A stretch of DNA of 63,129 nt, counting the filler, from Intoshia linei (taxonomy: Eukaryota; Animalia; Orthonectida): assembly GCA_001642005.1 (NCBI GenBank). It is 8 parts of 8 records of this genome, joined end to end, with 100 filler letters (N's around TTAATTAATTAA, not from the genome) between each part and the next. Parts side by side here need not be neighbours in the genome. Positions count along the whole stretch, not along the records: positions 7,128 to 24,024 come from LWCA01000833.1; positions 24,125 to 31,155 come from LWCA01001631.1; 6 more parts are not named here. One strand, 5' to 3'. A program made the translations under genes and the position numbers. The notes below the pieces were generated by a model. That model was given only the letters and a program-made list of their open reading frames with translations, ran no database searches and was not told the origin of the DNA. Below are positions 13,201 to 26,509 of the stretch, piece by piece; positions within the stretch are counted from its first letter, which is position 1, and the number at the start of each line of letters is the position of its first letter.

Positions 13201-16200
13201 TAACCCATATACTCTCAGGGTGACCATATGGTCACACAACATTACATTTATCAAAACACGTATCAAATTGAAACAAAGTTAATTAATTATGAAAAATTAA
13301 ATTAATTAGTATATTATATAACATTCGAGTATATTAGTTATGAGTTTTCACTGATTAGCCTCCTGTGTCACTGACAGTGGGCCAAAATGATTTTTCAAAG
13401 CAAAAAAAAATTCACTGAAAAAATTTTTTATATTTTTTTTTGTTAAAGTTGTGATAACGAAATTTAATGAATACCATATGATGAATTCATATATTGGCTA
13501 CAATTTGATGAAATAATTAGGTATATTGACGATGCGGTTAAATATATACACGCTTTTATTTGTCTTATTCTCCATATGTGAAATAACTCAATAACTACAA
13601 TTGGTAATTACCTAAAATTATATGTGGTGAGAAATAGGGAAGTATGTATTAACTTCCCAAATTTTTGGAAAAATCGAAGCCAAAAAATTGGAAAAATTTG
13701 TCTGGGAGTATATGGGTTAAAATAAAAATTGAAAATGTAAATATTGATCCTACAATTTCAAAAAAATGTGCCAATTTGTGTCTACACATTTCCAATAAAA
13801 AAATATGGGTAAATGTAATGTTTTGATAGAGAGTATTAAAGTAATGTAAATTCTGTATTAAAGTAAATTAAATAATGCTATATTACGATAATCTACAGTT
13901 CTGGTTATAAGAACTTTACAATAATATATTACTGTAGTAACATTACAGTGAAAATCTATATAATTCATTCCTTCAGAATTTTTTTCAATCTCAAACTCTC
14001 ATTTTCAAAGGATTTTGTTTAAAATTTAAATTAAAACTATAACAACGAATTTCTAAAAGTAATACAATTTTGTAGTATCATTTTTATATTTATTACAATT
14101 CTTTGCAATATTGATAAAATTCACCTGAAATATGTTTATAAAATGAAGACTTCGTTAATTATTGTACATAATTGGTATTTTTAATTATTTATTAAATTGG
14201 TACTGAATGTATTTAATATAATAATAATACTAATATATAATTACTGAATGTAATTGTGTCATTCATCACATTGAAAATTACAAAATAGGTTTTTATAAGT
14301 TTATTTTTTCTGGAATTTATGCTATTTATGAGAATTTTTGGATTGGACTGTATTTACTTTATTTTTAGTATTTTACACACATTCTGTCTAATAAATTAAA
14401 AAAATGGGATAACAATTGTTTTTAAAATTATTTACGCAAATATTAACAAAAAAATTAAGATGGAATAATTCACTTTAAAGTAAAAATTAATTTGATATCA
14501 AGTTCCACCTGAAACAAGTTTGGGAACCACTCCTTTAAATGATTGATAATAGTGAATAGTAGGATTTTTAAGTTAGATTTTCAACGTGAATTTATTTTTT
14601 AAGTATAATAAAAATGTGCTCTCGGCAGAGCTAGGTCCTGTTTGTACGTAGTATGTAAATTTATTTTTTGGTAGTATAAAAATGTTCCCTCGGTAGAACT
14701 AGGCTACGATTTTTTTTGGTATAATAAAAATATGCTCTGGCCAGAGCTAAGTGCTGTTTGTACGTAGTACATAACAGTCAACCTAGTAAAATATAAACTC
14801 AATTGGAAAAAAAATTTGAACGCCGTGGAAAATATCAAAACCTGCTAAAATTAATGTATTGTAAACTAAAAAAAGTAATAATGAGAAATTATTTTTTAAT
14901 AGCATATTAACATATTTAAATAACTTTTTATTATAATTTACTTTAATTTTAGGTTCAGAATACATACATGAAAATTCTCCTTTAATAAAATCGCTATTAT
15001 TTGCTGGACCTCATAAAACTGGTAAAAAAATGCTAGTAAACATAATTTGTAACGAAACTGGTGCAAATCTTTTTGATTTAACATCTGAAACGATTGCCGG
15101 AAAATATCCTGGTAAAGAAGGATTAAAATTGCTGATGAATACAGTATTTAAGGTTATTATATTTAAAAATAATTTGTTTATTACAGGAATAAATAATAAT
15201 GTTTATAAATTTCATGATTAATGTTAGGTGGCAAAAGAATTACAACCATCAGTAATTTGGATAGATAATTGTGAAAAAATGTTCAAAAAAAAAATCCCTA
15301 AAGCCGACACCGTACGTATAATCTAAGCGTACATAATATAATATTAGAGTGATCCAAAAAGGATTAGAAAAGAATTACCAAAAGCAATTAAAAATATTAA
15401 AAGTACTGACAGAATACTTGTAATAGGTACATCAAATTGTCCGTATGATGCTGATATAAAAAAAATTTGTGCTATCTATCAAAAAATTATCCTTATCCCG
15501 AGACCGGATTATGCATCCAGGCATTGTAATTATTATAATTATAATTAGTGCGATTAATGCTTCATGCAGACATACCGCACAAACAAAAGTTAAGAATACT
15601 ATGTATTTTCCATGATAATTTACATATCATATAGTATTATAGTATAATAATAATAAATTGATAATTATCAATATATATGATTATAAATATAAATTATATT
15701 TAAAATTATAAAATAATTATAATTATAGTAATCTAATATTTACATATTAGAAATGTAAGTTAAATTTAAAAATCTCCATTTATAATATAGTTTTTGGCAG
15801 ATGATGTTTAAATTTGTTTTGTTTTCCGAAATCAAGTCTTTAAGGGTCAAAAACCCAATTCCCCTTTTTTGAAAAATATTATAAGCCTTAAAATTTAAAA
15901 AAATCTTATACTCTGGACGCGTTTTAAAATCGTTAGCATTGTAGTAAATCTCAGCTTCACAATAGTGCATTTTCTCGATAAAAACCACAGATTAATCTTT
16001 TTTTTAAAAATGAAAACAGTGTAGAATTGTAAATAAAAATTACAGATAATACAGTTATATCTACACATAATATATAGTATAATATATAGTTCACACATAA
16101 AAAATTTCAATTTGGCAAAATAGCGACTTCACGGTCAAAAAATGACTTATTTTATTATTTGATATTATTTTTTTATTTGGTAACTATTTTATTAACAAAA

Positions 16201-17502
16201 AACAAAACATTTGAAATAATTAATGGTTCTACAATTTAAAAAAAAATTATTCTGATAGAGATTATTCCAGTTAATATAAATGCAAAGTTTCAACCCCAGA
16301 AATCTACGCATTGTTAATGAAAATACATTTTAATATATTATCAAGCAATATATGTTATAATTTTTTGATAAAAATTAAAAATGTAAATATTTACCCTACA
16401 ATTTTAAATAAAAATGTGCATTCAAAGTCTACACATTTCCAATAAAGAAACATGGGTTGAAATCTTATAAATTGATTACTTCTTATTTGACCAAACTTTA
16501 TAAGAATTGTCCACTTAATCCAACCCCAAAATTAAAAATCCACTTTTCCAATTTTATCGATTTCCTGTCCAATGAGTCTACAGTTTCAACATTAATTGTA
16601 TAAGCGTAAACTTACTCATTTAAAATTTAAATTAACTGGCTATTTAGTATTCTGGAGAACCTTTTTGCAAAATAACGGAGCTATAATCACAGATAATTTG
16701 GATATTAGTTCATTATCTAAAATAAGCAATGGATTTACACCAGGACAAATTGAAAATGTAATTAAAACTGTATTAACAGAAAGAAGAAAAGCAAAGTTAA
16801 TAAAACGCCCTCTAAAGTCATTAGAATTTATTAACAATTTGGCAAAACATGAACCAGTTTTTAAAGAAGAAGAAGAAGCATTCAAGGTTTATAATATAAT
16901 ACATTAATGAAAACACATTTTTCCATTATTTCAGTATTGTCTCTATTATCCGACAGTTCCGTAGTTTGCCAATCTTGTACATGGTCATATTATTTTACAG
17001 AAGGGTTTATTACTGGTGACAATTTACTAACATGTAAATAGAGTAAAGTAAATTAAAATAAAACGCAATCAACTTATTTATTCTATCAGAATTTTTATGA
17101 ACGAAAATGTGGATTCTCCTTTTTAAGTTATCGTTTTTCTATTTAGTTTACTAAAAAATATACTGATTTAAGTCAAGATATTCAATTAAATTTGGGGATA
17201 TCAAACATTGGCATACTAGATTTACTAGAAAGCGAATATCGTATCAGAATTATTTTATTTTTTAAAGTTATCATAATCAAAATAATGAGCTTGTGATATC
17301 AAATGAGGTTGAAAAAGTAACAAACATATTTTGTTATTGCAATATGCTAACACTTATAAAATTATTAATGTGTCGGTAAATTTGAATATAATCTTTCAAA
17401 TTAATAATCTAGGTATGGTATTCAAAAACACCACTAGGAAAAAAGAGAACTAAAGCATCACAAAATCCAGATGACGTAAAAGTGAAAAAAAAGAAAAAAT
17501 AA
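7207..17502 (+). CDS. IQCA1: IQ and AAA domain-containing protein 1 (dynein regulatory complex subunit 11), 5' truncated by gap
   Basis: Exons ~7208-7537 ([20 protein letters not shown]), ~8884-8961, ~9023-9095, 9941-10211 ([14 protein letters not shown]…KDLTIDR), 10981-11171, 14953-15152 (Walker A GPHKTGKK), ~15228-15312, ~15349-15526, 16648-16886, 17413-17502 ([11 protein letters not shown]…*). Confidence 0.92.
8385..9825 (-). mobile_element. Helitron subfamily B fragments (~8385-8800 and ~9150-9825; further copies ~11900-12545 and ~15800-16440)
   Basis: Share internal blocks with family A, carry duplicated ~120-bp modules (GGGTAATTTGTGGTTTTGACC…GAGGTTGAGATTT) and end in ACAC…TTTTATATTAGTAAAGGA|T. 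Confidence 0.6.
11308..11607. mobile_element. hAT MITE (300 bp)
   Basis: TIRs CAAGGGTCGGGAACC…GGTTGCCGACCCTTG; 8-bp TSD CTCTAGTT/CTCTAGTG. Confidence 0.85.
12575..14786 (+). mobile_element. Near full-length Helitron family A with a nested piggyBac-type MITE and a triplicated 3' end
   Basis: Collinear with 38021-39344; ends TGTTTGTACGTAGTACATAACA (hairpin) GTCAAC CTAG|T at 14783-14786. Confidence 0.8.
13204..13716. mobile_element. piggyBac-type MITE
   Basis: TTAA|CCCATATACTCTCAG…CTGGGAGTATATGGG|TTAA; removing it restores the Helitron sequence GGATTAAAATAAAAATTG. Confidence 0.88.
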
Positions 17503-17509
17503 TTTAATA

Positions 17510-18278
17510 TTAATCAATACCATCAACAATTACATTATTATGTTTTTCCAATAAAGATAAATAGTGTTTTACTCGTGGTGATAAATTCATATTGTATAAT
17601 CCTAATCTTTTCAGTTTTCTAAAAATGTAAAAATCAACATAATTCGACTTTATATATCCACTTATACTTATGTACAATATACATTAACCATTTTTATAAA
17701 ATAAAGCACATTAATAAATACACTCTTTAAATAAACTCTAATAAAATATATACTTGAATCTATGCAAAGATGTCAAACCTTCATCTGATAGGCGTATACA
17801 ATTTCTAAACATGATGTAAATATAAAAAATGTAATTACTTACACTATGTCAATGTTTTCAATGGTGTTTCGAAAAATGGCCAATTTTCCAAGACAAAAAT
17901 CATTAAAAGATGCATTATTTTCAATTTGAAATGATTTTAGATTATTCAGGTCGTTATAAATATCAAAACAATTTGGAGTGATAAAACTGGTTTGCTTGTA
18001 TTTTATTCCAACCAATTTACAAAAATTTGTTTTAATTTTTGGTATTTTATCAATCTTTGTACTATCAATCCATTCATCAACTCCAGTTAGATAAACTTGA
18101 CCGTTGTTTTCTAATATGTACAAAACTGCAAATCCATCAAATCCTATTTTTTCGACTGTTTCTTGTTTATATTTACTAAGATATTCAATTTAAATATAAA
18201 AAACAATGGCATCCAACTACGATATGCGGGATAAATATGGTTCGGGGTTTCTTTTATTTGTCTCTTGAATCTAACCAT
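17510..18278 (-). CDS. ATP synthase subunit s-like / DMAC2-type LRR protein (4 exons)
   Basis: EKIGFDGFAVLYILENNGQVYLTGVDEWI…LNNLKSFQIENNASFNDFCLGKL…IENIDIVNCIRLSDEGLTSLHRFKKLKRLGL fits the ATP5S/ATP5SL pattern; includes a predicted 29-nt first intron. Confidence 0.7.
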
Positions 18279-20280
18279 TTATAACACAATCATAAATAGA
18301 TTAGTAGAAATAAGTTATTATTTATTTCTGATAATAATAGAAAAACTAAAAATTTAAATAATATTTAATAAAATTAACAGTTCGAAACAGTCGTTATGCT
18401 CCAAATGTTATCCATCCCCTTTAAGGTTTGGTTTAAAAAAATCTTAAAAAAACCTCCCCTTTAAAATTTAGTAAAAACGAAAATTCCATATTAAAAGTTC
18501 GGTAAAAAATAATCATAATACAGGGTTATTCCTATTTCTATTTAACGCAATTCCTCGTTAACGGAAAAAGTTCCGTTAAATCTTAACTTTAATTTTAATA
18601 AAATAATGACTAAGTACCATAATAATTATACAAAGCTTTGTCGGTTAAAATTAAAAACTTTAGATATGTAAAACATTTTATTTTCTTCTTGAGTAATGAT
18701 AATAATAATGGTTGATTATTAATTATATGAAATGAAATGCACTGCAAATATGGATTAAGTGGAATAAAAATAAAAATATTTTTATTGTTTGCAGGCAGTG
18801 GTTCCAGGTCCAAATAGTGTACCGACCCCATTTCAAAATATTTATTTTTGTGGACCCAAGGGCAACATGAAATATAAACATTGATGAAAACAATGAATAT
18901 TTTTCATCATAGAATTTAGTAAAATCGTTTTTTTCCAAAAAAATATTGGAAAAAGAGGATTTTTTATTGAACGTTGGTAAAATTCCATATTTTATTTAGG
19001 GTTTTGGATAAGGAAGTAGCTGTAAAATCAGATTACTAAAAATAATATTGGAAAAAGAGGAAGTTTCTCTTGAGCATTGGAAATATTAGAGTTGGAATAA
19101 GAGACTTTTCTCATAGGATTTGGTAAAATTGTGTTTTTCAAAAAAATAATGCAAAAAGGGTATTTTTCACTTAAAGGTTGATAAATTTGAATTTTTTGGT
19201 TTGATTAAATTTAAGTGGATTTTTCAAAAAAATATCGATAAAAGTCAATTTTTCCGAAAAGGCTGGAGAATGATTTTTTTATTAAATTTTATTAATAATG
19301 GGATAAAAGTGGGATTTTTGAAATCATAATGTAGTGGTAGTCTAGGGATCTTGGGATAATCAACATCTAGAAACTCTGTAATAAATGTTAAAAATTATCC
19401 TACAATTATAAACAAAAATTTATCTGTATTTTATTTGAATCTCACGGATCCCCAGACATATAATTTTGGACCCCAATCGGGAACCACTACTTTGTATCCA
19501 TGTATTATTATTATAAAAATTCCTCGATGACAGAATGACATTTTTTTTCAGAACCAATTAAATGTTTATTATGAAAAATGACTTATTTACAGTAAGTTAA
19601 TGTCAGTTTAGATTTTTAAATATTTGTGAATTGATAAACAAAACTATATAACTAAGTGATTCTCATGGGGGTGACCAGTTACCAAAAGGGGTGAATGATA
19701 AATTTTTAGCATATTTCATTCAATCATCCAGTTTAGTACAATCTTGTGAGAAAAAACCAACATTTTACCAACATTTTTTTGAAAAATCCCATTTTATCAA
19801 AATTTTAGATCATCAATGCCTCTATCTGATCCCAAAAGAAAAAACCTCATTTTACCAACTTTTAATTTAAAATTTTTTAAATGGTTAGATTCTAACCATT
19901 ATAGACTTAAAAATTTATCACAGAAAAGCAATTAAATTTAAATAATGAACTAAATATTTTGGTAAAATATAACTGAACACGACGTATCTCGTCAATTTTC
20001 TAAAAATTGTTAACTACTTCTCTATGAAACATGAAATGATCCAATTTTCTCATAGCAGCTGGTCACATGTTGAAGGTACTGGTATAAAATATTACATGGC
20101 GTTTACTAGTTTTTTTTTGCATTGTTTCTTGAAGTATTTCACCAACAAATTTGTTGGAAAATATGGTCGAAAAGCGTCATGTAACGACATAATAAAATTA
20201 TATTGATTTTATTTAATTGTAGATCACTATGCTGTATCGATTTATGATTTATTTATGTGCATAAAAGCAAATTTAAAGAT

Positions 20281-22153
20281 ATGGTAATTTCACATAAATT
20301 TTTATATTATAAATGTAAACGTTAATAGCTAAGATTCATTCTAATTCAAAATCGTTCTGGTAAAACAAGAATTGCAAAATGGTTTGTAATTTATACTCCA
20401 CAGGAACAAAATCAATTAAAAATTGAAGTTCACGCAGCAGTAGCTATTCGGAACCATAGGCAGGCTAATATCATAGAGGTTTATATTATTTCGTTAAGAT
20501 TTTTACGAATAATAAATTCTTTATCTATGAATTTTAATAATAGCAGTTTTCAACCGATTTTGCAGCCAATTCTATAGTTTTTTTACGGAATTTAATACTA
20601 ATATTCTCTCAATTTAGTTTCCTATAAATAACTAGATCAGTGGTTATTAATGTGGGCATTAGCGCCCCCAAGGGGCGCTGAAACCAATATTAAAAATTAT
20701 AAATTTGTTATTTTTGATATTGTTGACAGAAAAAATTTGAGCCTAATGTATTTTTTATTATGGGGATATAAGCCTTCAACATCTCTTATCCACTGATGCA
20801 TTATGAATCTCAGGGATATTATTGTGATTTCCAACATCTTACATGGTTGAAAGTGGATTCAGTTTTGTAAACAAAATAGTGAGTAAAGATAAAAACAAAA
20901 TTAATATATGTCAAACGGAGATATTGTTATCAAATTAACCAGCATAAAACTAAGAAATAACGAGACGTCACTCTTACACCAGACGCAAGGATCACATGGA
21001 AATAAATACAAATATAATTATTTACCTTTTTATCAATTATTGATATTATAACAATTACAGTTCATTTATCATAGTTGCGTTGATTTAAAAATTGATTATG
21101 TTGTAATGGAGGAGTTGATATCAAAATGTTGAGAATCCCTATAATAATGGTGATAAAATTCTAAGGTAGATTTGAAAAATTTTTAATTACAATAAAGGTA
21201 AGTCCCAAAATAATAAAATTGGAAAATTTTCGTTTTACATCGTTAATTTAAATCAATAAAAAGGAGCTATCTATGACTCATCACTAGGACTGAAACCAGC
21301 AATACTGGTGATCACTGATCACCGTAGCTAGTTGGAATAAAAATTAAAAATGAGTGAAACTTTTAGAAATAACTACACATTAAGACTTAATGATTAAGTG
21401 TATCGTTTCAGATTATGCGGTTTGAAATTTTTGATTTGACGGCCGTTACTTTATATTTTGATGTTATATTTAATCTATTAAAAAAATTTTATCTTTTACA
21501 ATCGGTTAGTTACAAATTTAATATTTTTTATACGATTTCTCTTGATGACGAAATTAATGTGTTTGACTTGTAGGTCGCAAAACTTTAACAGTTTGAATTA
21601 CTCATCTAAATGTTGATGCTAAGTGTAATTTTATATTATACTAGGTTGACTGTTATGTACTACGTACAAATATCACCTAGCTTTGCCGAGTGCACATTTT
21701 TATTTACTAAAAAATAAATTCATGTTGAAAACTATTATAACATTTTATAATTATTTAAAAATCCTACTATTCACTATTATCAATCCTTTAAAGGAGTGGT
21801 TCCCAAACTTATTATTAGTATAAATTTTTTATTATTTATACATAATATAATTATTATTAATTAATAAATAATTTTAGTTTCGCCAATATAAAATTGTTTA
21901 TAAAAGATACGCTAGTCTATTTGTTTGTTTTTGTATAGATCAGAACGACAATGCATTGTATTATTTGGAAGCTGGGCATAATTTTGTTGAAACTATTAAC
22001 GAATATTTTCATAATGTGTGCGAACAGGATTTAGTTTACAATTTTCACAAGGTTTACGATATTATTGATACCATGTTTCTTGCTGGAGAAGTGCGCGAAA
22101 CCAGCCAAACTAAAGTTTTAAAACATACTGCAATGTTGTCTACTTTGTCTTAA
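20281..22153 (+). CDS. AP2S1: AP-2 complex subunit sigma
   Basis: ATG-only first exon (20281-20283); exon 20329-20478 LRFILIQNRSGKTRIAKWF; exon ~21879-22153 FRQYKIVYKRYASLF…HNFVE…YFHNVCEQDLVYNF.KVY…MFLAGEVRETSQTKVLK. Confidence 0.93.
21641..21812 (-). mobile_element. Helitron A 3'-end fragment (others ~22273-22450, 26231-26460, 37234-37560, 40950-41355(+))
   Basis: A|CTAGGTTGACTGTTATGTACTACGTACAAA terminus with hairpin. Confidence 0.8.
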
Positions 22154-22789
22154 TATATGTAGTCTAATTTATTTAAAATTAAACGTATTTATTAATATCG
22201 TGAATTATGATCATTTCAAACAATTGGTACCCTGATATAAAACAATGAAAAAATATAGAATAGTATATTTACACTAAGTTGACTGTTATGTACTACATAC
22301 AAACAGTACCTAGCTCTGCCGAGGGCACGTTTTTATTCTACCAAAAAAATAAATTTACATTGAAAATCTAACTTAAAAATCCTACCATTCACTATTATCA
22401 ATCCTTTAAAGAAGTGGTTCCCAAACTTGTTTCAGGTGGAACCATCATATCACTAGGGCAAGTTTTTTTTGGACCTATAAATCTGACTTTTTGTACGTAA
22501 CAGAAAAATATTTTAACTTTTTGGACTTTTGGATCCCATTAAATTTGTTGAAATCAAAATCTTTCTTCACGAATCTTATCTTGTATGAAAGAAAATTTAA
22601 AAGTACTGATACAATTTATTTCACCGAAATGGTTTACGTCTACATCAAGCGTAATTAATGAATTAAAAACGAATTACAAAATAAAAATATTAACAATGTA
22701 AGTTTATTTTATTAATAAATATTTTTGATTCATGATGAGATTTAAATTCTCATTCTTTTAATGTATAAATTTTATTGACGCATTTTTTT

Positions 22790-23005
22790 GTGTAGTTAGT
22801 GTAATTTGATATTACATGGATCTTCTTCAAAATGGATATCTTTCATAGCTTTCCAGGCTTTAATTATATAAAAAGAGCAATCTTCACATTTTTTAATAAA
22901 TTCATGTATCATTTTGTAGCCTGATATAATCTTTAATTCTGATGATAATGTTTCTTTAGATATTGCACATTTGGCTTCTCTAACTATGAGACCGTCACCT
23001 TCCTT
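22790..23005 (-). pseudogene. hAT-like transposase fragment
   Basis: EGDGLIVREAKCAISKETLSSELKII…KAWKAMKDIHFEEDPCNIK resembles the corresponding region of the relic at 31.7-32.6 kb. Confidence 0.5.
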
Positions 23006-23614
23006 ACGTGTTCATGTGACCACAGGGTATCACTGAACAAGCGAGTGGTCGTGCCAATTTATAGGTCCACATATTTATGTTATCACTGCATAATATTTCC
23101 TAACGACTTAACGTTAAGAAACCCATAAATTGGTTCCATATTACCATATTAATATTATTTTATACAAAAGATTATTGCATATTTTAAATCATTAAATGAA
23201 CTATTTTGGGTAATTAATATTTTTTAAATACATCATTAAATATGGTGAATTTAATAAAACTAAAAATTTCAATTATGAAAATCTTTAAAAAAAAGGCAAA
23301 ATTTACCCTAATCATAGGTTTTTTAAAGAATTTCTGAGATTTTTTTTACAGTACAATCTACACGAGAAGACGTAAATATAATCCCATGACACAACATTAT
23401 TGATCATCCAGATTTTTTTTAAATTAAATTTTAATAATTAACAAAAAGACCAAATTTGAAATCCACCATATAGAATAATCAACGCATGTATATATTTTTT
23501 AACTTTAAAACGAAATGGTTCACATTTCATAGAGTAAGATTTTTTTGATTTTGATTTGAGTTAGACGTAAGTCACAAATTAGACAATAATTATTTGATTT
23601 TGGGAAGTATTTTA

Positions 23615-23955
23615 TTTGTCAGTCTTTAATTACCGATACAGTCAGTATTATAGTAAAAAATTTTCAGTATTTTCAACAAAAATTGTCAGTATAAATATTA
23701 AAATGTCAGTAATAAAATAATTTTGTCAGTATTCAATTACATATTTGTCAGTATATACTGTATAGTCAAGAATATACTGACAGTATATTTTAAGTACTGA
23801 CAAAATAATTTTTTTTACTGCCCTTTCAATTTAAATACTGAAAATCAGTTATTTATACTGACACTTTGTCAACTGGAACCTAAAAACTGACAATTTAATA
23901 TTTTCACTGACAAACTATTTAAAATACTGACACTTTACGGATTAAAATACTGACG
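23615..23955. repeat. Foldback-like cluster of GTCAGTA motifs followed by inverted TACTGAC motifs
   Basis: About 7 GTCAGT copies, then about 8 ACTGAC copies, switching orientation around ~23770. Confidence 0.65.
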
Positions 23956-24124
23956 CAATAAATACAAGCTATATTAAATATAATTTTGATAAATTTAAGA
24001 CATGTGTGCAGCAGCACATTTCTANNNNNNNNNNNNNNNNNNNNNNNNNNNNNNNNNNNNNNNNNNNNTTAATTAATTAANNNNNNNNNNNNNNNNNNNN
24101 NNNNNNNNNNNNNNNNNNNNNNNN

Positions 24125-25004
24125 TTTTTGGCATACTTCGTTTATTCTTACCTTGAGCCTGGGCCATACGTGTTCTATGATGTTAAGATCAGGGATGTTT
24201 GGGGGCCAATTCATTAATTGTATACCGTTTTCTTGCATCCAATTAATTATCTAATAAAAACTATATAATAGACAAATTCTTTAACGTAATTATAATAATA
24301 TTCATATAATATACCAAGCGAACTTTATGGCAAAAAGCAGTATTTTGTTAAAATATTGCATTACTAAATTCACCGACTTCTAAAAATGGTTTTAGAGACT
24401 TATTGAGGATGTTTCTATATTTTATAGAATTTAGTCTTTTGAATAGTATTTTTACTCGACTATCTTTTTCCATTGAGATACATCCCCAAATCATTACCGT
24501 TGTTGAAAATCGGTCCGATCCGATCCGATCGGCAGTCCAAAAACCGTTTTCGACCCGTTCTTGTCACTTTCTCATCAATTACATTATCGCGAAGTCTCGT
24601 TACAGCCTTCAATATAGTAAAATAGTGTCCGCCAACGAGTCGGCCAATTTCACGTAATGATTTACCTTCATCATTTAATTCACATTGATTCAATTCCTTA
24701 GATCCAATGAAGCCAGATGAAAACTATAAATTTAATAATTGATTAATCTAAATTAACTGGTAGTGTTGACATACTTTTGAATCGTCCATTTGATAAATTT
24801 GAAATTAATTGTATTTCGTTTCAATTGTTTTAAATTTAAAAATAAATACAAACATGACTTTATATTAATTATTTTAAGTGTATCTATAGCTATTATAGAC
24901 ATCAAAATAAAATGAAAAAATGCAATTAGTTTTATTTATAAATTAATGAAAGTATATAATATATAAATATTTTCTAGGTGTTGACGTAATTATGAAACTG
25001 ACTG
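24125..25004 (-). mobile_element. Tc1-family element, internally deleted, with an intron-containing transposase
   Basis: TA|CAGTCAGTTTCATAATTACGTCAACACC terminus at 25004; HTH region (GKSLREIGRLVG…RTGRKR), TVMIWGCIS, and WPPNIPDLNIIEHVW. Confidence 0.85.
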
Positions 25005-26509
25005 TATATGTCAAAACTTGTTTACAAACTGTAAAATAAAATTTAGCTATATTACACATATACATTCACAAAATGATGTCTACTAAAGAAACATTATATA
25101 ATTATATGAGTAATGTAATTTTGGGTATTAGTAATATCCAGTAATATTAGTAATAATAATAGTAATTAGTAAATACATTCTTCAACGAAATAATGATATT
25201 AAGTACTAGCATTAACTTCAATAATGTACTACTAGAGCAGTGTGCACCACCTGTTGCAGTGGGCAATCCATGTGATCATAATGCAATATATAATTTGACT
25301 TCAAACTGAAAAGTTTAAATCAGATTTTATTCAAGCGAAATTTAAAATATTTTAATCCAAAATTTACATTTTTNTTTGCCCCCGTTTCTCTAGTTAATTA
25401 AAACTTGCTAATATTAAAATTTAAAAAAAAAACTTATATTAGACATAAACTTAAGGTTCAAAGTATAGTTTTAAAGTTGGTAGTATTAATACTAATCTGT
25501 ACTGAGCAATGGATCACAATAGTAAGAAAATCGACCTATTTGGGTCGATTCAAGTTTTTCATACGATACTAAATTTACCTTATTATTTATGAGTGTAGTT
25601 AAAACATGTTAAAATGTTGCCATTTGTAAGACGCGAAATATTTATAATCTTTATAAAATTATGCACAATAGATCTCTTTTCAAAATGGCTTAATTTAAAT
25701 TTGGCAGCTGCATTATTATTCAATGAAATATAAAATTTTACGTTTATTGAAAAAGTTTTAATCAGATTGTATTTAAAAGTTATTTAAAATATTTTTATCA
25801 AAAAGTTACATTGGTGACTTTTGCCACTTTCTCAATGTCAAAATAAATTTTTTGCAGCCGTAGTATCGTATGAGTAATAAGTAAAGTAGCTTTGCTGGTG
25901 AATTATTTAAAAGCTTGTGGACTTCTGTACGAGAAACTTAAATACCAATTAATATATTTTATGCAGATAATGAATTAACATTATGTACTCATTCTAGACT
26001 GAGTGACAATAAACATAATAAATACTAGATACTGTATATGATAATATAAACTATTAATAAATTGTTATGAAGGCTTAAAGTAAAATCTACGTCGTAGACC
26101 TTGACCGATACCCTATTTATACATTAAATTTTAATCTTTATGATTACAAACTAAAATATTAAATAATGAACCAATTACATTTTCCGAAATTTTTTTTTTA
26201 CTTTTCCGAATTATCATTAAATATACGATACTAGGTTGTCTGTTATGTACTAAGTAAAAACAGCACCTAGCTCTACATAAGATAAATTTTTATTATACCA
26301 AAAAAATAAATAAATAAATATGTAAAATTCACGTTGAAACTCTAACTCAAAAATCCTACTATTCATTATTATCAATCCTTTAAAGTGGTGGTTCCCAAAC
26401 TTGTTTCAGGTAAAACCGTCATATCACATTACTTTTTACTTTAAAGCAATTATTCCATCATATAAATAAAAAGTTGATATCTTGGTTGCAAAATTGACAA
26501 AAATAACAA

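Noticed and set aside
16640-16885. Antisense ORFs (also 9920-10129, 35142-35354, 59677-59964)
   Set aside because: Shadows of real exons on the opposite strand.
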